DNA of 63,243 nucleotides, the filler included, from Reclinomonas americana ATCC 50394 (lineage: Eukaryota), in NCBI GenBank assembly GCA_048213135.1. It is 2 parts of one record of this genome, joined end to end, with 100 filler letters (N's around TTAATTAATTAA, not from the genome) between each part and the next. Parts side by side here need not be neighbours in the genome. Positions count along the whole stretch, not along the records: positions 1 to 31,635 come from PS015306.1; 1 more part is not named here. One strand, written 5' to 3'. Under the pieces are notes generated by a model. The model was not told the DNA's origin. It saw only the letters and a list, made by a program, of their open reading frames with translations, and searched no databases. The position numbers and the translations under genes are program-made. Every line of letters starts with the position of its first letter. The stretch's first letter is position 1. Shown here piece by piece: positions 1 to 14,471 of this stretch.

Positions 1-185
1 CCTGTGTTATCTGCATCGCTCGTCGCCACTGGCGATCGAAAAATGAAACGGGAGAGCGTCCCACAGCCGTTGTCCCGCAACAAAGCACGCGGCGTGGCCA
101 CGGGATTGGGATCTCCCATCGCCCATTGCCCCGTCAGCTGCTGTTCAGCAGGAACAGCACGTTCCCCCTCGCCACCGACTAACCC

Positions 186-740
186 ATGCGATCATCGTCA
201 TCCTTCTCTCGCGACATGTCGCTCTCGCCGACCGTGCCGCTCACCGCCTCGTCCTCGTCTGCGCTTTCTGCGTCGGCCACTGGCACTGGGAACACTCGGT
301 TTCATCACCATCTGGGAATGGGCAGCAACGGCTCATCGCCACCAGCGTCAGTTGGCTTCTCGTCGTCGCCCACATCGCCACTGATTGCTGGCGGTGTGCC
401 AGGCGTCGGCTTGTCATCGTCGAGTGCGGGTCCACTGGGCGCGTTGGGATTGGGCCAGCGATCACGATCGTTTCGACGAGTGTTGATGGTGGCAGTGGTC
501 ACGGCGACGGTGATTGGCCTCTACTTGCTGCTCACTGGCTCATTCAGCGGTGCGGCAAGTGGGTCGGGTTCGTCGACCGCCAGCTTGAATCTGGTGGATC
601 TGCCGGATGCCAACGATCCGCGGGCGTATCTCTTTGACGAGAGCACGACGTTGCTGCGGTTTGCGTTGGTCGCCGATCCCGACAAGAGCTCTGCGACGGT
701 TTGTCGTGCCGACTCGTCGCCGATCGCCGCCTCGCCAGAT
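186..740 (+). CDS. Calcium-activated nucleotidase/apyrase (CANT1-like), 5' fragment, type II membrane protein
   Basis: Ser-rich N-terminus, one hydrophobic helix (VLMVAVVTATVIGLYLLLTG), then LRFALVADPDKSS, which resembles the first motif of CANT1-type apyrases (RIAVIADLD); probable donor gtttgt at ~699; truncated by a gap. Confidence 0.6.
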
Positions 741-1484
741 NNNNNNNNNNNNNNNNNNNNNNNNNNNNNNNNNNNNNNNNNNNNNNNNNNNNNNNNNNNN
801 NNNNNNNNNNNNNNNNNNNNNNNNNNNNNNNNNNNNNNNNNNNNNNNNNNNNNNNNNNNNNNNNNNNNNNNNNNNNNNNNNNNNNNNNNNNNNNNNNNNN
901 NNNNNNNNNNNNNNNNNNNNNNNNNNNNNNNNNNNNNNNNNNNNNNNNNNNNNNNNNNNNNNNNNNNNNNNNNNNNNNNNNNNNNNNNNNNNNNNNNNNN
1001 NNNNNNNNNNNNNNNNNNNNNNNNNNNNNNNNNNNNNNNNNNNNNNNNNNNNNNNNNNNNNNNNNNNNNNNNNNNNNNNNNNNNNNNNNNNNNNNNNNNN
1101 NNNNNNNNNNNNNNNNNNNNNNNNNNNNNNNNNNNNNNNNNNNNNNNNNNNNNNNNNNNNNNNNNNNNNNNNNNNNNNNNNNNNNNNNNNNNNNNNNNNN
1201 NNNNNNNNNNNNNNNNNNNNNNNNNNNNNNNNNNNNNNNNNNNNNNNNNNNNNNNNNNNNNNNNNNNNNNNNNNNNNNNNNNNNNNNNNNNNNNNNNNNN
1301 NNNNNNNNNNNNNNNNNNNNNNNNNNNNNNNNNNNNNNNNNNNNNNNNNNNNNNNNNNNNNNNNNNNNNNNNNNNNNNNNNNNNNNNNNNNNNNNNNNNN
1401 NNNNNNAACGGGTGCGATAAGGGGCGGTAAGTGGCAAAGAGAAGAAGAAGAGGAGAAACGAAAAGCGTCGTCGTCAGTCGTTCA

Positions 1485-4400
1485 TCACACGCACTTGACG
1501 TCCGTCGCCGCCACACAGCCGAGGCGCTGACCGGTGCTCCAGTTGAACGCCTGGTACGGCGTCGCACCCTTGTTCAGCAGCTGGCAGCCTCCCTCAATGC
1601 GGCACTGGCAGTGCGTGCCGATCGAACCGGTGCTGCTGAACGGAGCGTACGGGTACGTGCACGAGCATGCACTGCACGACATGCATAATCGTCAGGTCTC
1701 CTCTCTTTCTCTCTCCGAAGACTGCATGCTTCGTCCACATCAACGCAACTTGCTCACGCAGCGACCGCCGACAAACAGTCCACCATTGTCGGCACGACCC
1801 ACTCCGTAACCCATGCACTGCGTGTCGCTCGTGCACACTGGCGGCGGCGGTGGCGGAGGTGGCGGAGCGGTCGCGCACGTCGACCCACTGTACCCACTCT
1901 TGCACACGCACCCGGTGCCGGTGCGACCCGTCGAGCACGACTGCGTGCCGGTGGCATTGCACGTCGAACAGCTCTTGCTGCAGTCCGATCCCCTGCACAC
2001 CTCATCGTGTCACTCGCCCAGAATAACATACACACACCACAAATAAAGAGCACACACGCACCACCGATCACTTGCGCAGTTGTCGCACAGCGCTCCAGCA
2101 AACCCAGCCTTGCAAACTGGCCATCTTCGTCAGTCACTGCCAATTGCACCACACTCGCCTCATCGCACTCACCGCATCCGCTTCCCACCGAGCAGCTCGC
2201 CGTGCCGGCTGCCAGGCACGAGGCGCACGTCAGGTTGCAATTGCTGCCAAAGTGGAGTGCATCGCACTGCGCGCACGTCGGTCCACCAAACGGCGCAAAG
2301 CACGAGCATGATCCGTCCTCCAAGAAGCACGCGCCGCGTCCAGAGCAGTCCTCCACCGGACGACACTGCAACCCGCCACCCGTGAGCACCATTACATCGA
2401 CAACATCATCATCGAAAACACCAAAAAAGAGCACTCAACCTGGCAGTTCTTGCCACCAATGCCCGCCGAGCACAAGCAGGTGCCCGCCGACTTGCCACTC
2501 GCAACAACACAGTAGCCGCTCAGGCTCGACTTGTTGCCGATCGTCACTGGTTGCACGTTGCCTGCCACAATGTGTCCGAATTCAGTCATCACTCTCACCT
2601 CACACGAAGAAGAACAACAGATGCACACCGTTGACCGCCAAGTGATTCCAGTTGCAGTGCATGTCGGTCTCACAGTACCCATCTGTATACACGCCAAGCA
2701 CACTCAGTTGGACCGCATCACAAATCGATATCAATTGTCGCGGCGCACACGCAACTCGTCGGGTTGACGCATGTGCCGTCCGAGTCGCGGCATGTCTGCG
2801 TGTTCGCGCATCCAGTGCACACGCTGCACGTCGGGCCACTCCAGTTACCAGCGCACGATCCGCAGTCCACATCGGTCCAGTGGACCGCGCACTTGCACGT
2901 GTCATCGGCCTGGCATGTGCCATGCAAGCATGAGCACGCCGAGCACTTGGCTGGCACCTCGGCTCCGAACGGTGTGTTGGTGACGCCAGAGAATGCAATG
3001 TTGTCAATCAACCATCCAAGGAATGTGCCACCTCCGTCACAGCCGATGCGGAAACGGATCGACACGGTCTTGCCTGAGCGACAAGAGTGAGATCACCTCT
3101 ACCGTCGATGAATACAGCAACAGATGACAATATACCCACCGGCAAATGCAGTGCCGAAATCGAATGACTCGTGATTAATATTGGGGTAGTTGGCGTTAAG
3201 GGCGGAGTAGGCTGGTCGCAGCGACAGTGGATTGCCCGAAATATCGGTGAGAATACCAGTATATGACGGCTGCGACACCAGCGTTTGAGTAAGCTGATCA
3301 ACACACTGACGACGACGACAACAACAATAATAGCACTCACCGACACCCAGTTCGACACATCAGTCCACGTCGCGCCGTCGTCATCGGAAATCTCCACAAC
3401 ACCGCCGTCCCACGCAATCGCAATCGATCCGTCGGGATTCAAATCAGCTTCAAACGCGAATGCGTGGTCGAACTCGATCTTGAAGTGAGACGCAGGATCG
3501 CTCGACACGTGGAGCGCAGGCGATTGGATCCAGTGATCAGCGATGTTGCCAATGTCCGCACCAAACCACATTTGGTTGGTGGCAGGCTGTCCAGGGATTT
3601 GGACGTGTTGCGGGGACCACTGGTGCAGCGGAGTACCGCCATTCGTCCACACTTGCTCCACAAATGGCGCCTCCACGGTCTCTGTGGCTGTTGCCGCGGC
3701 ATTGAACTCGACGTTCATCGTGCGCGAGAACGAGCCCTCCGCTGAGTTGCAGGCGGTAGCAGACGTCGCCTTCACATAGCCCGCCAGGAGTGCACTGCCG
3801 CGTGCCGTCGATCGCAGCTTGAAGTTGAACTCGACCACCGTGGATTGACCGGCTGCCGGTGGTGCAATCGTCTTGCTCAGGCTGTCCACAAACACCGCCG
3901 CGGCTGATGAATCGGCATCAAGCGTCAACGTCACCGTCACTGTCTTGCCAGCCGTACTGCCGGTCACGTAGCGACTGGTGTTGCGCAACGTCACACGCAC
4001 AACACCGTCCTCACCGGCTTGCTGTAATCGTGTGCACAGTATGAGAGTCTACCGGCGACACGGAAATAACCACATCGAGCAGCAGACGTACCACCACGCC
4101 ATCATGGTTGCAGCTCTTGGTGCCTTCGCCGACAACCACATCATCCAGTGCCACGAAAAACTTGGACCAGTCATTGTCGAGAGACTCGACGACGTCAGTG
4201 AAGTCTGGCGATTGGGGTGCCACAGCGCACGCTCCTGCAGTCGCTGACGTCAGAAACGCACACACACTTTTTTCCCATTCTCTCTCCCTCATACACGGAA
4301 GAAACGAACCCAGTCCGCGGGTCGCATAGCCGGAAGCCAAGATCGCCGCATCGGCCGGATTCACAGCATTCGCGGCTGTCAGGAACGAGTCTCGGTAGTC

Positions 4401-7400
4401 GACGTAGCTTCCAGGTCCAGACACCGTCAGCAGGCCAGCCACCACGTAGTCGGCCATTGCACGCTTCACCTCCGCGAAGGTGCGGCCATTGGGGTCCTTG
4501 TGCAGACCAATGTAACCCTAGTGACACAAACGACGGTCAGTCTCTCCCCAAACACACAAACACCTCGATCCAGGTAAAGACGCACCTCAAACATCGCAGC
4601 AGCCCACACCTCGCCTGCGTTGTGCGGCTCATTATTGTCACCAGGGCTTACGTGTATGGCAATAGATGGGTCGAAGGTGAACGGCACCGCAATGGAAATG
4701 TTCTTGAGCGTAGCCGGGTTCTTCGTCTTGTCCACGCTGTACGGCAGTCGACGAATACCAAAGTACGCGTCGCGGCCTTCGTAAATGGAGATGGCGTAGG
4801 TGCCGTCCAGGTTGTCGCCGCTCTGCAGCATCGTGTGCAGTGCGTTGAAGTCGGCAATTCCTTCGCTGATCGAAGCGCACATGACCGTATTGCACGTTGG
4901 CGCCAAGCGAAGGTGCAGGAAGTGACCCCACTCGTGGAACACAACAGAATCCAAGCTGCTTCCACGGTAAAACTTCGTCGTGTCGATCTTGGCGGTCACG
5001 GGGCCGAGCTTGAGGTTGTCCTTGATGACCTGGCCAGTTGACTTTTGCACAGCCAAGGCGGGAATTGTCACCGGAGGCACCGTCGGATCAAACGACATAT
5101 TGGAAAAATAGTCGTCCAAGTTGATGAAGATGACGCCAACGGCACCCGCCTGCTGCGTACGGTACGCCTTGGATTGAGCGCTGCAAAGACCACGCTGGAT
5201 AACAGCAATCGTTCCAGTCAGGTCCTCGGTCAGCGGTGAGCACGCCAACGGGTCGGATGTTACGAGAGCCAATGGACCATCCATCTGTTTTCACACGACA
5301 AAATGAAATTGTCAGTTTTCAGCTGCGACGACTGCATGTACCGCGCGCACACACACATGAGAAACGCACCGAGTATGTAACCGGGCCAAAACCAGCATAG
5401 CCAGTAAGCGGGAAAGTGGTTCCCGGTGGTGTCAGCAACAAATTAGTCGTCACGCTCGAGGTTGACAGATACATCTGCATGCGCGGACGCATGCCATCTG
5501 ACGGCGTCGTCATGTCGGCGTTGTCGTGTCCAGAGTAGTCCTGTGCCTCGGCCCGCATCGAGTCGCCTCCGACACCGCCACGACCAAAGTTGTCGTCCTG
5601 CGCATTGCCAGCTGCCTCGTCGAAGCCAGAGTCGTACCAGTAGTCGTGCAGGAAGTTGGTCGCGTAGAACAGCTGAGTCACGTCTGCCATGATCTGATCA
5701 TCCGAATCTTGCGCGTCCAGCGTCGTGTTGAACACACGATCAAACGCGTTCGGTGCCGTCACTGTCGCACGCAGATCGCCGAGACTGAAGCCATCCGGCG
5801 CCGCCAAGTCGGCATAGGCATCCACATTGTTGCCGCGCGTCTCCGTCGCATTCACCGGCAGCCACGAGTCGTGGAACTTGTTGAAGGAGTCCATCGAAAT
5901 AAGCGACTGGGGCACAAAGGCCGGGAACAAGCCGTCGGGCGTGCCAGTTGGGTGCGGAGTCCAATCCTCCGTCGGGGAATCAGCGGGAAGGTTGTTGTCG
6001 CGCGCCCACACACGGTAGTCGTAAGACTCGCTCTGCGTCAAATTAGCCGACTCCAGCACGCGCCACGACTCGCTCGCCACCACAAAGCGGAATGTCGACG
6101 GACGCTTGAGTGCTGTGGTCGCATTCGACTCCGTCGCATCGAACTCCACAAAGAACGCGGCAGTCAGCGATCCATCGGCCTCCGGGAAGAACGCCTGCGT
6201 GTCACACTCCATGAGAAATGTGCCTCTCTCTCCCTCCCTCTCCCTCCCCGAAACAACAACAACAACACCTTGCGCGCACGACTGCCATGCGGGCTCAGCA
6301 CCGACACCGCCGCCGACTCGCTGGTGTGCAGCCACACGTCGCCATTGCTGCCCTGCTCCTCAAACGCCACATCCGCCACACTGATCGGAGCATGGCGGAA
6401 GTGTGCGTTCAACGCCGTCACCAACGCCTGCTTGTACTGCGCGACATCCGCAGGCGCACTGAACGCGCCAATGGCCGCCGTGTGGAACGACGACGAAGAC
6501 GATGACGGCGACGAAGCAAAGGCGGCGAAGGCGGCGCTCGACGACGCCACCACCGGCTGAGCCACGTTGACCAGCGAGCCAGCGGCCGTCAGCAGGCGCA
6601 GCGAGCTTGCCTGCAGCAGCATGCGCAGCTCGCCATTCAGCACCTCCACGCCGTTGATCGACTGGCGCACATGCACGGCCTTGGTGCGGCCACCGTTGAG
6701 GGACACGACACGCACCACGCGCAACGCCACCACATCCGACTCGGCTGTGTGTGTGTGTGTGTGTGGGAAAAGGGAAGAGAAAATGGAATTTTCGGAAAAA
6801 CAGGAAAAGTGGTGCATCTTCGGAAAAATGTTGTGTCATGCAGAGTCTGCGTGTCTATGCCAGCGTGTGCTTACACGAGAAAGAGAGACAAAGAGAACTG
6901 GAGGAGAGAGAGGAAGAGTGATGGGGGAGACAAAGAAGGCAAATTCCCACGCGCAGGTATGTTCGAGTTCGAAACCCCGACTCGCTTCGCATGCAGAAAA
7001 CAAACTAAGTGCACGAGTGGTGGTGCCACAGTGTGAGAAGCGTGCGAAGGAGTGTGTGCGGGTGTACATGGACATTTCGCACTGTACACACAAAACAAAG
7101 GCAAGCAACAAACACAGATAAACTGTATGGAACTAACACAAACCAGTGGGAGTTGCCGCGCGAGAGCGGGTGGCAGACATGGTCGCCGATGCGGCAGACA
7201 GGAGGCGACGGGCGTGGAAGAGCGCCGCATCTTCGGGTGTGCGCACCTCCGCAGGCAGCACCTCGTGCTCTCCCAGCGCCTCGGAGGCAGCAGCGGGCGA
7301 GGCAATGCCGGGACCAGTGTAGGCAACGTTAATGCGGGGAGACGTCGCAGTCAGCGTCTTGACCTGCGCGCGCGTTGTTCGTGAATGATCATGGCAAATG

Positions 7401-7578
7401 GAGCCGCGATGCGTTGCGCGTGTGAGAGACAGACCTTCACCGCCGACGACGGCCACTGCGACTGCGTGCGCACAGAGGCGGGAACAGCGGAGACGCTCGA
7501 CGAGAGGAGTGCAACGGCAACGGTGACAAGCACCAGTGCCGTGAGAGCAAAGGCGGGGAAATGGTTGCGAACCAACAT
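1485..7578 (-). CDS. Secreted M36 (fungalysin-type) zinc metalloprotease with propeptide, PA domain and C-terminal EGF-like repeats, copy 1 (multi-exon)
   Basis: Signal peptide MLVRNHFPAFALTALVLV; propeptide (VHVRQSINGVEV); TRGNNVDAY, LFYATNFLHDYWYDSGFDEAAGNAQ, NADMTTPSDGMRPRMQMY; PA insert (IAVIQRGLCS..QQAGAVGVIFIN); HEWGH, SEGIADF, HNAGEVW; Cys-rich EGF-like modules and a poly-Pro linker; start approximate. Confidence 0.9.
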
Positions 7579-8041
7579 CGTTGAGATGCTTGTTCGAGGT
7601 CCACGCTCTGCTGCACACACGAACACACACAGGCACACAAACGTGAACACGACGGGATGCGAGGGCGAGAGTGAGAGAGTGCATTGTTCGCGACTTGTGC
7701 TCACCGAGAACAATGCAAAAAATGTAGGAGTTTTCTTTCCAAATATGGGAGTTCTTCCGCGGTGAGCGTCAATCACAGGTTCTTGTGCCTCTTCGTGTTT
7801 CTCTCGCTTGCACTGGGAGGTGCTGTGATGCGCAGGATAAGTACCACAGCAGATGAACGGGAGAACAGCAATATCGATTGCAATTGTGAAATGTAAATGA
7901 AAAGTCGCTCTCCCGTTTCATTTTTCGATCGCCAGTGGCGACGAGCGATGCAGATAACACAGGAACGGGTGCGATAAGGGGCGATAAGTGGCAAAGAGAA
8001 GAAGAAGAGGAGAAACGAAAAGCGTCGTCGTCAGTCGTTCA

Positions 8042-11000
8042 TCACACGCACTTGACGTCCGTCGCCGCCACACAGCCGAGGCGCTGACCGGTGCTCCAGT
8101 TGAAAGCCTGATACGGCGTCGCACCCTTGTTCAACAGCTGGCAGCCACCCTCAATGCGGCACTGGCAGTGCGTGCCGATCGAACCGGTGCTGCTGAACGG
8201 AGCGTACGGGTACGTGCACGAGCATGCTCTGCACGACATGCATAATCGTCAGGTCTCCTCTCTTTCTCTCTCCGAAGACTGCATGCTTCGTCCACATCAG
8301 CGCAACTTGCTCACGCAGCGACCGCCGACAAACAGTCCACCATTGTCGGCACGACCCACTCCGTAACCCATGCACTGCGTGTCGCTCGTGCACACTGGCG
8401 GCGGCGGTGGCGGAGGTGGCGGAGCGGTCGCGCACGTCGACCCACTGTATCCACTCTTGCACACGCACCCGGTGCCGGTGCGACCCGTCGAGCACGACTG
8501 CGTGCCGGTCGCATTGCACGTCGAGCAACTCTTGCTGCAGTCCGATCCCCTGCACACCTCATCGTGTCACTCGCCCAGAATAACATACACACACCACAAA
8601 TAAAGAGCACACACGCACCACCGATCACTTGCGCAGTTGTCGCACAGCGCTCCAGCGAACCCAGCCTTGCAAACTGGCCATCTTCGTCAGTCACTGCCAA
8701 TTGCACCACACTCGCCTCATCGCACTCACCGCATCCGCTTCCCACCGAGCAGCTCGCCGTGCCGGCTGCCAGGCACGAGGCGCACGTCAGGTTGCAGTTG
8801 CTGCCAAAGTGGAGTGCATCGCACTGCGCGCACGTCGGTCCACCAAACGGCGCAAAGCACGAGCATGATCCGTCCTCCAAGAAGCACGCGCCGCGTCCAG
8901 AGCAGTCCTCCACCGGACGACACTACAACACGCCACCGGCCGTGAGCACCAATACATCGACAATATCATCATAGACAACAACAAACAGAGCACTCAACCT
9001 GGCAGTTCTTGCCACCAATGCCCGCCGAGCACAAGCAGGTGCCCGCCGACTTGCCACTCGCAACAACACAGTAGCCGCTCAGGCTCGACTTGTTGCCGAT
9101 CGTCACTGGTTGCACGTTGCCTGCCACAATGTGTCCGAATTCAGTCATCACTCTCACCTCACACGAAGAAGAACAACAGATGCACACCGTTGACCGCCAA
9201 GTGATTCCAGTTGCAGTGCATGTCGGTCTCACAGTACCCATCTGTATACATGCCAAGCACACTCAGTTGGACCGCATCACAAATCGATATCAATTGTCGC
9301 GGCGCACACGCAACTCGTCGGGTTGACGCACGTGCCGTCCGAGTCACGGCATGTCTGCGTGTTCGCGCATCCAGTGCACACGCTGCACGTCGGGCCACTC
9401 CAGTTACCAGCGCACGATCCGCAGTCCACATCGGTCCAGTGGACCGCGCACTTGCACGTGTCATCGGCCTGGCATGTGCCATGCAAGCATGAGCACGCCG
9501 AGCACTTGGCTGGCACCTCGGCTCCGAACGGTGTGTTGGTGACGCCAGAGAATGCAATGTTGTCAATCAGCCATCCAGTAAAGCTGCTACCCTCATCACA
9601 GCCGATGCGGAAACGGATCGACACGGTCTTGCCTGAGCGACAAGTAAGAGTGAGATCACCTCTAATGTCGATGAATGCAGCAACAGATGACAATATACCC
9701 ACCGGCAAATGCAGTGCCGAAATCGAATGACTCGTGACTGAATGTGGGGAAATCCGTTGCAGCGCCGTTGTATCCAGTGTATGCCGGACGAAGTGACAGT
9801 GGATTATTTGAAATATCGGTGAGAATGCCAGTGTACGACGGCTGCGTCACCAGCGTTTGAGTAAGCTGATCAACACACTAACGACGACGACAACAACAAT
9901 AATAGCACTCACCGACACCCAGTTCGACACATCAGTCCACGTCGCGCCGTCGTTATCAGAAATCTCCACAACACCGCCGTCCCACGCAATCGCAATCGAT
10001 CCGTCTGGATTAGAATCGGCTTCCAGCGCAAAAGCGTGATCGAACTCGATCTTGAAGTGAGATGCAGGATCGCTCGACACGTGAAGCGCCGGTGACTGAA
10101 TCCAGTGATCGGCAACCTGGCCAACGTCCGCACCAAACCACACTTGGTTGGTGGCAGGCTGTCCAGCGACTGGAATATTCTGTGTCGACCACTGGTGCAG
10201 CACAGTGCCGCCAATCGTCCACACTTGATCTGCGGACGGCGACTGCACTGTTTCTGTGGCTGAAGCTGCGGCATTGAACTCGACGTTCATCGTGCGCGAG
10301 AACGAGCCCTCCGCCGAGTTGCAGGCGGTAGCAGACGTCGCCTTCACATGGCCCGCCAGGAGTGCACTGCCGCGTGCCGTCGATCGTAGCTTGAAGTTGA
10401 ACTCGACCACCGTGGATTGACCGGCTGCCGGTGGTGCAATCGTCTTGCTCAGGCTGTCCACAAACACCGCCGCGGCTGATGAATCGGCATCAAGCGTCAA
10501 CGTCACCGTCACTGTCTTGCCAGCCGTACTGCCGGTCACGTAGCGACTGGCGGTACGCACCGTCACACGCACAACACCGTCCTCACCGGCTTGCTGTAAT
10601 CGTGTGCACAGTGTGAGAGTCTTACCAGCGACACAGAAAGATCACATAGAGCAGCAGACGTACCACCACGCCATCATGGTTGCAGCTCTTGGTGCCCTCG
10701 CCGACAACCACATCATCCAGTGCCACGAAAAACTTGGACCAGTCATTGTCGAGAGACTCGACGACGTCAGTGAAGTCTGGCGATTGGGGCGCCACAGCGC
10801 ACGCTCCTGCAGTCATTGACGTCAGAAACGCACACACACTTTTCTCTCATTCTCTCTCCCTCATATACACGGAAGAAACGAACCGAGTCCGCGGGTCGCA
10901 TAGCCGGAAGCCAAGATCGCCGCGTCGGCCGGACTGACAGCATTCGCGGCTGCCAAAAGCGCGTCTCGGTAGTCGACAAAGCTTCCAGGTCCAGACACCG

Positions 11001-14000
11001 TCAGCAGACCAGCCACCACGTAGTCGGCCATTGCACGCTTGACCTCCGCGAAGGTGCGGCCATTGGGGTTCTTGTGCAGACCAATGTATCCCTAGTGACA
11101 CAAACGACGGTGAGTCTCTCCACAAACACACGAGCACCTCGATTCAGAAGATGACGCACCTCAAACATCGCAGCAGCCCACGCCTCGCCAGCAGCGTGAT
11201 TTTCCGAATTGGGAGCTCCGTTGGGGCTGACAGGAACAGATGGGTCGAAGGTGAACGGCACCGCATTGGAAATGTTCTTGAGCGTAATCGGGTTCTTCGC
11301 CTTGTCCACGCTGTACGGCAGGCGACGTACACCAAAGTACGCATTGATGAAGGCGTACGGAGCGACTGCATAGGTACCGTCCAGGTTGTCGCCGCTCTGC
11401 AGCGTTGTGTGCAGTGAATTGAAGTCGGCGATTCCTTCGCTGACCGCCCCGCACATGACTGACGTGCACAGAGGCGCCAAGCGATAGTGCAAGTAGTGGC
11501 CCCACTCGTGGAACACTGTAGAATCCAAGCTGCTACCGTGAAGCAGTTGGATCGTATCGACCTTGCCAGTCACGGGGCCGAGCTTGAGGTTGTCCTTGAT
11601 GACCTGGCCCGTGGATTTTTGCACCAGGAAACACGGAATCGAAACCGGAGACACCGTAAGGTCGTAAGCCAAGTTGACGTCATACTCGCTCAATCCGATA
11701 ACAATGACGCCGACAGCGCCCGCCTGCTGTGCACGGTAGGCCTTGCTCTGTGTGCTGCAACCACCGCGCTCCACAACTGCAATCATCCCGCTGAGGTCGG
11801 CAAGCGGCGAGCACGCCCGGGCATTCGACGCCAGTGCGATAGGATGATCAAGCTGCGAAATCGCAATGAATTAGGCTCAATCGACTGTTGTCACACATTC
11901 ACATGAGGTACACACCGAATACGTCTGCGGTCCAAAGCCAACGCCACCAGAAAGTGGGAACGTTGTTCCCGGTGGTGTCAGCAGCAGTCCCGAAGACCGA
12001 TTCGCTGTGTGCTTAAACATGCGCATGCGCGGACGCATGCCATCTGACGGCGTCGACATGTCGGCGTTGTTAAGTCCGATATAGCTCTGTGCATGGGCCT
12101 GCATCGAGTCGCCTCCGACACCGCCACGACCAAAGTTGTCGTCTTGCGCATTGCCAGCTGCCTCGTCGAAGCCAGAGTCGTACCAGTAGTCATGCAGGAA
12201 GTTGGTCGCGTAGAACAGTTGAGTCACGTCTGCCATGATCTGATCATCCGAATCTTGCGCGTCCAGCGTCGTGTTGAACACACGATCAAACGTGTTCGCC
12301 GCCGTCACATTCGCGCGCAGATCGCCGAGACTGAAGCCTTCCGGTGCCACCAAGTCAGCGAAGGCATCCACATTGTTGCCGCGCGTCTCTGTCGCATTCT
12401 CCGGCAGCCACGAGTCGTGGAACTTGTTGAAGGAGTCCATTGAAATAAGTGACTGGGGCACAGGCAGCGGCTGGAGCCCGTCGGGCGTGCCAGTTGGGTG
12501 CGGAGTCCAGTCCTCCGTGGGGGTGTCAGCGGGAAGCGTGTCACCGTCTGGCCGTGTCCACACGCGATAGTCGTAGGACGCACTCCGCGTCAAGTCGGCC
12601 GACTCCAGCACGCGCCACGACTCGCTCGCCACCACAAAGCGGAATGTCGACGGACGCTTGAGTGCTGTGGTCGCATTCGACTCCGTAGCATCGAATTCCA
12701 CAAAGAACGCGGCAGTCAATGATCCATCGGCCTCCGGGAAGAACGCCTGCATGTCACACTCCATGAGAAACGTGCCTCTCTCCCTCCCTCTCTCTCCCTC
12801 CCCGAAACAACAACAACAACAACACCTTGCGCGCACGGCTGCCATGCGGGCCCAGCACCGTCACCGCCGCCGACTCGCTCATGTGCAGCCACACGTCGCC
12901 GTTGCTGCCCTGTTCCTCAAACGCCACATCCGCCACACTGATCGGAGCGTGGCGGAAGTGTGCGTTCAACGCTGTCACCAGCGCCTGCTTGTACTGCGCG
13001 ACATCCGCAGGCGCACTGAACGCGCCAATGGCCGCCGTGTGGAACGACGACGAAGAAGACGATGACGGCGACGAAGCAAAGGCGGCAAAGGCGGCGCTCG
13101 ACGACGCCACCACCGGCTGCGCCACGTTGACCAGCGAGCCAGCGGCTGTCAGCAGGCGCAGTGTGCTTGCCTGCAGCAGCATGCGCAGCTCGCCATTCAG
13201 CACGTCCACGCCGTTGATCGACTGGCGCACATGCACGGCCTTGGTGCGGCCACCGTTGAGGGTGACGACACGCACCACACGCAACGCCACCACATCCGAC
13301 TCGGCTGTGTGTGTGTGTGTGTGGGAAAAGGGGAGGGAAAGATGAATTTTCGGAAAAACAGGAAAAGTGGTGCATCTTCGGAAAAATGCGAAGGTGCTTC
13401 GCGAGGAGTCGGGAGGCATGAAGTGAGAGAACGTGAAGAACAAATGAGAGGATGGAAAAAGGAGAGCCAGAGAGGCACGATCACGAGTGACAATGAATAT
13501 TCCATATTAAAAAGGTAATTATAAAAAGGTGCCGGTATTGAGAAAGCTCTCTGATGCGCGACAGTGAGTGGCGCAACCACGCAGACAATAATGAGGAAAA
13601 CTTGTTTGCGAAACATGTCAGAGAGAGGAGAGCAAAGGCACAGTCACACAACTTTCGGAAAACCGAAAAGGGTCATGCACTGCCGAAACTCCGAAAGGGT
13701 CACGTGCTGGAAAGCCCACGAGACACACACTAGAGAGACGAATGGACGAGGAGAGGGACAAGAAACAAAAAGGAGAAGCAAACGCTCACATGCAATTCGA
13801 GAAACCAGAGGTACAAAACGCTTGTCTGGATATATATGGTAATGGCAGCCGAGGAGGGCTGCAAGCAGACTTACGTAGTGGCAGGAAGAGTGGAAAGAGG
13901 GGGGATACACGAGACGCGAGGGAGTGCGACGATAGGGTTGGAGTGGACATGCCATGGCGCACACAAAAAAACACACACACACAAAAGAGTTTTCTACAAG

Positions 14001-14471
14001 TATTGCACGCGCCACCCCGTGAGCACGAACCAGTGGGAGTGGCAGCATGGTGGGCGCTGGTGGCGGACATGGTCGCCGACGAGGCAGACAGGAGGCGACG
14101 CGCGTGGTGCAACGCAGCATCTTCGGGTGTGCGAACTTCCGCAGGCAACACCTCGTGCTCTCCCTGCGACTCAGAGGCGGCGGCGGGCGAGGCAATGCTG
14201 GAACCGGCGAAGGCAACGTGAATGCGGGAAGCGGCAGCAGTCGAGGGCTTGTTGACCTGTGTGCGCAGCGAGAGAGAGAGAGAGAGAGATGTGTGTGAGA
14301 GGGAGTCGCGATGCATTGCGCGTGCGTGAGACAGACCTTCACCGCGGACGATGTTGACTGCGACTGTGTGTGCACAGAGGCAGGGGCGGCAGAGACGCTC
14401 AACGAGATGAGTGCAACGGCGACAACCACCAGTGCCGCGAGAGCGAACACGGAAAAACTGTTGCGAATCAT
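8042..14471 (-). CDS. Secreted M36 metalloprotease with PA and EGF-like domains, copy 2 (tandem paralog)
   Basis: Same exon structure as copy 1; HEWGH, SEGIADF, HAAGEAW; signal peptide MIRNSFSVFALAALVVV; start approximate. Confidence 0.9.

Noticed and set aside
3060..3100. Indel between the M36 copies that looks like a frameshift in copy 1
   Set aside because: It lies within an intron; splicing restores AFAG-KTVSIRF in both copies
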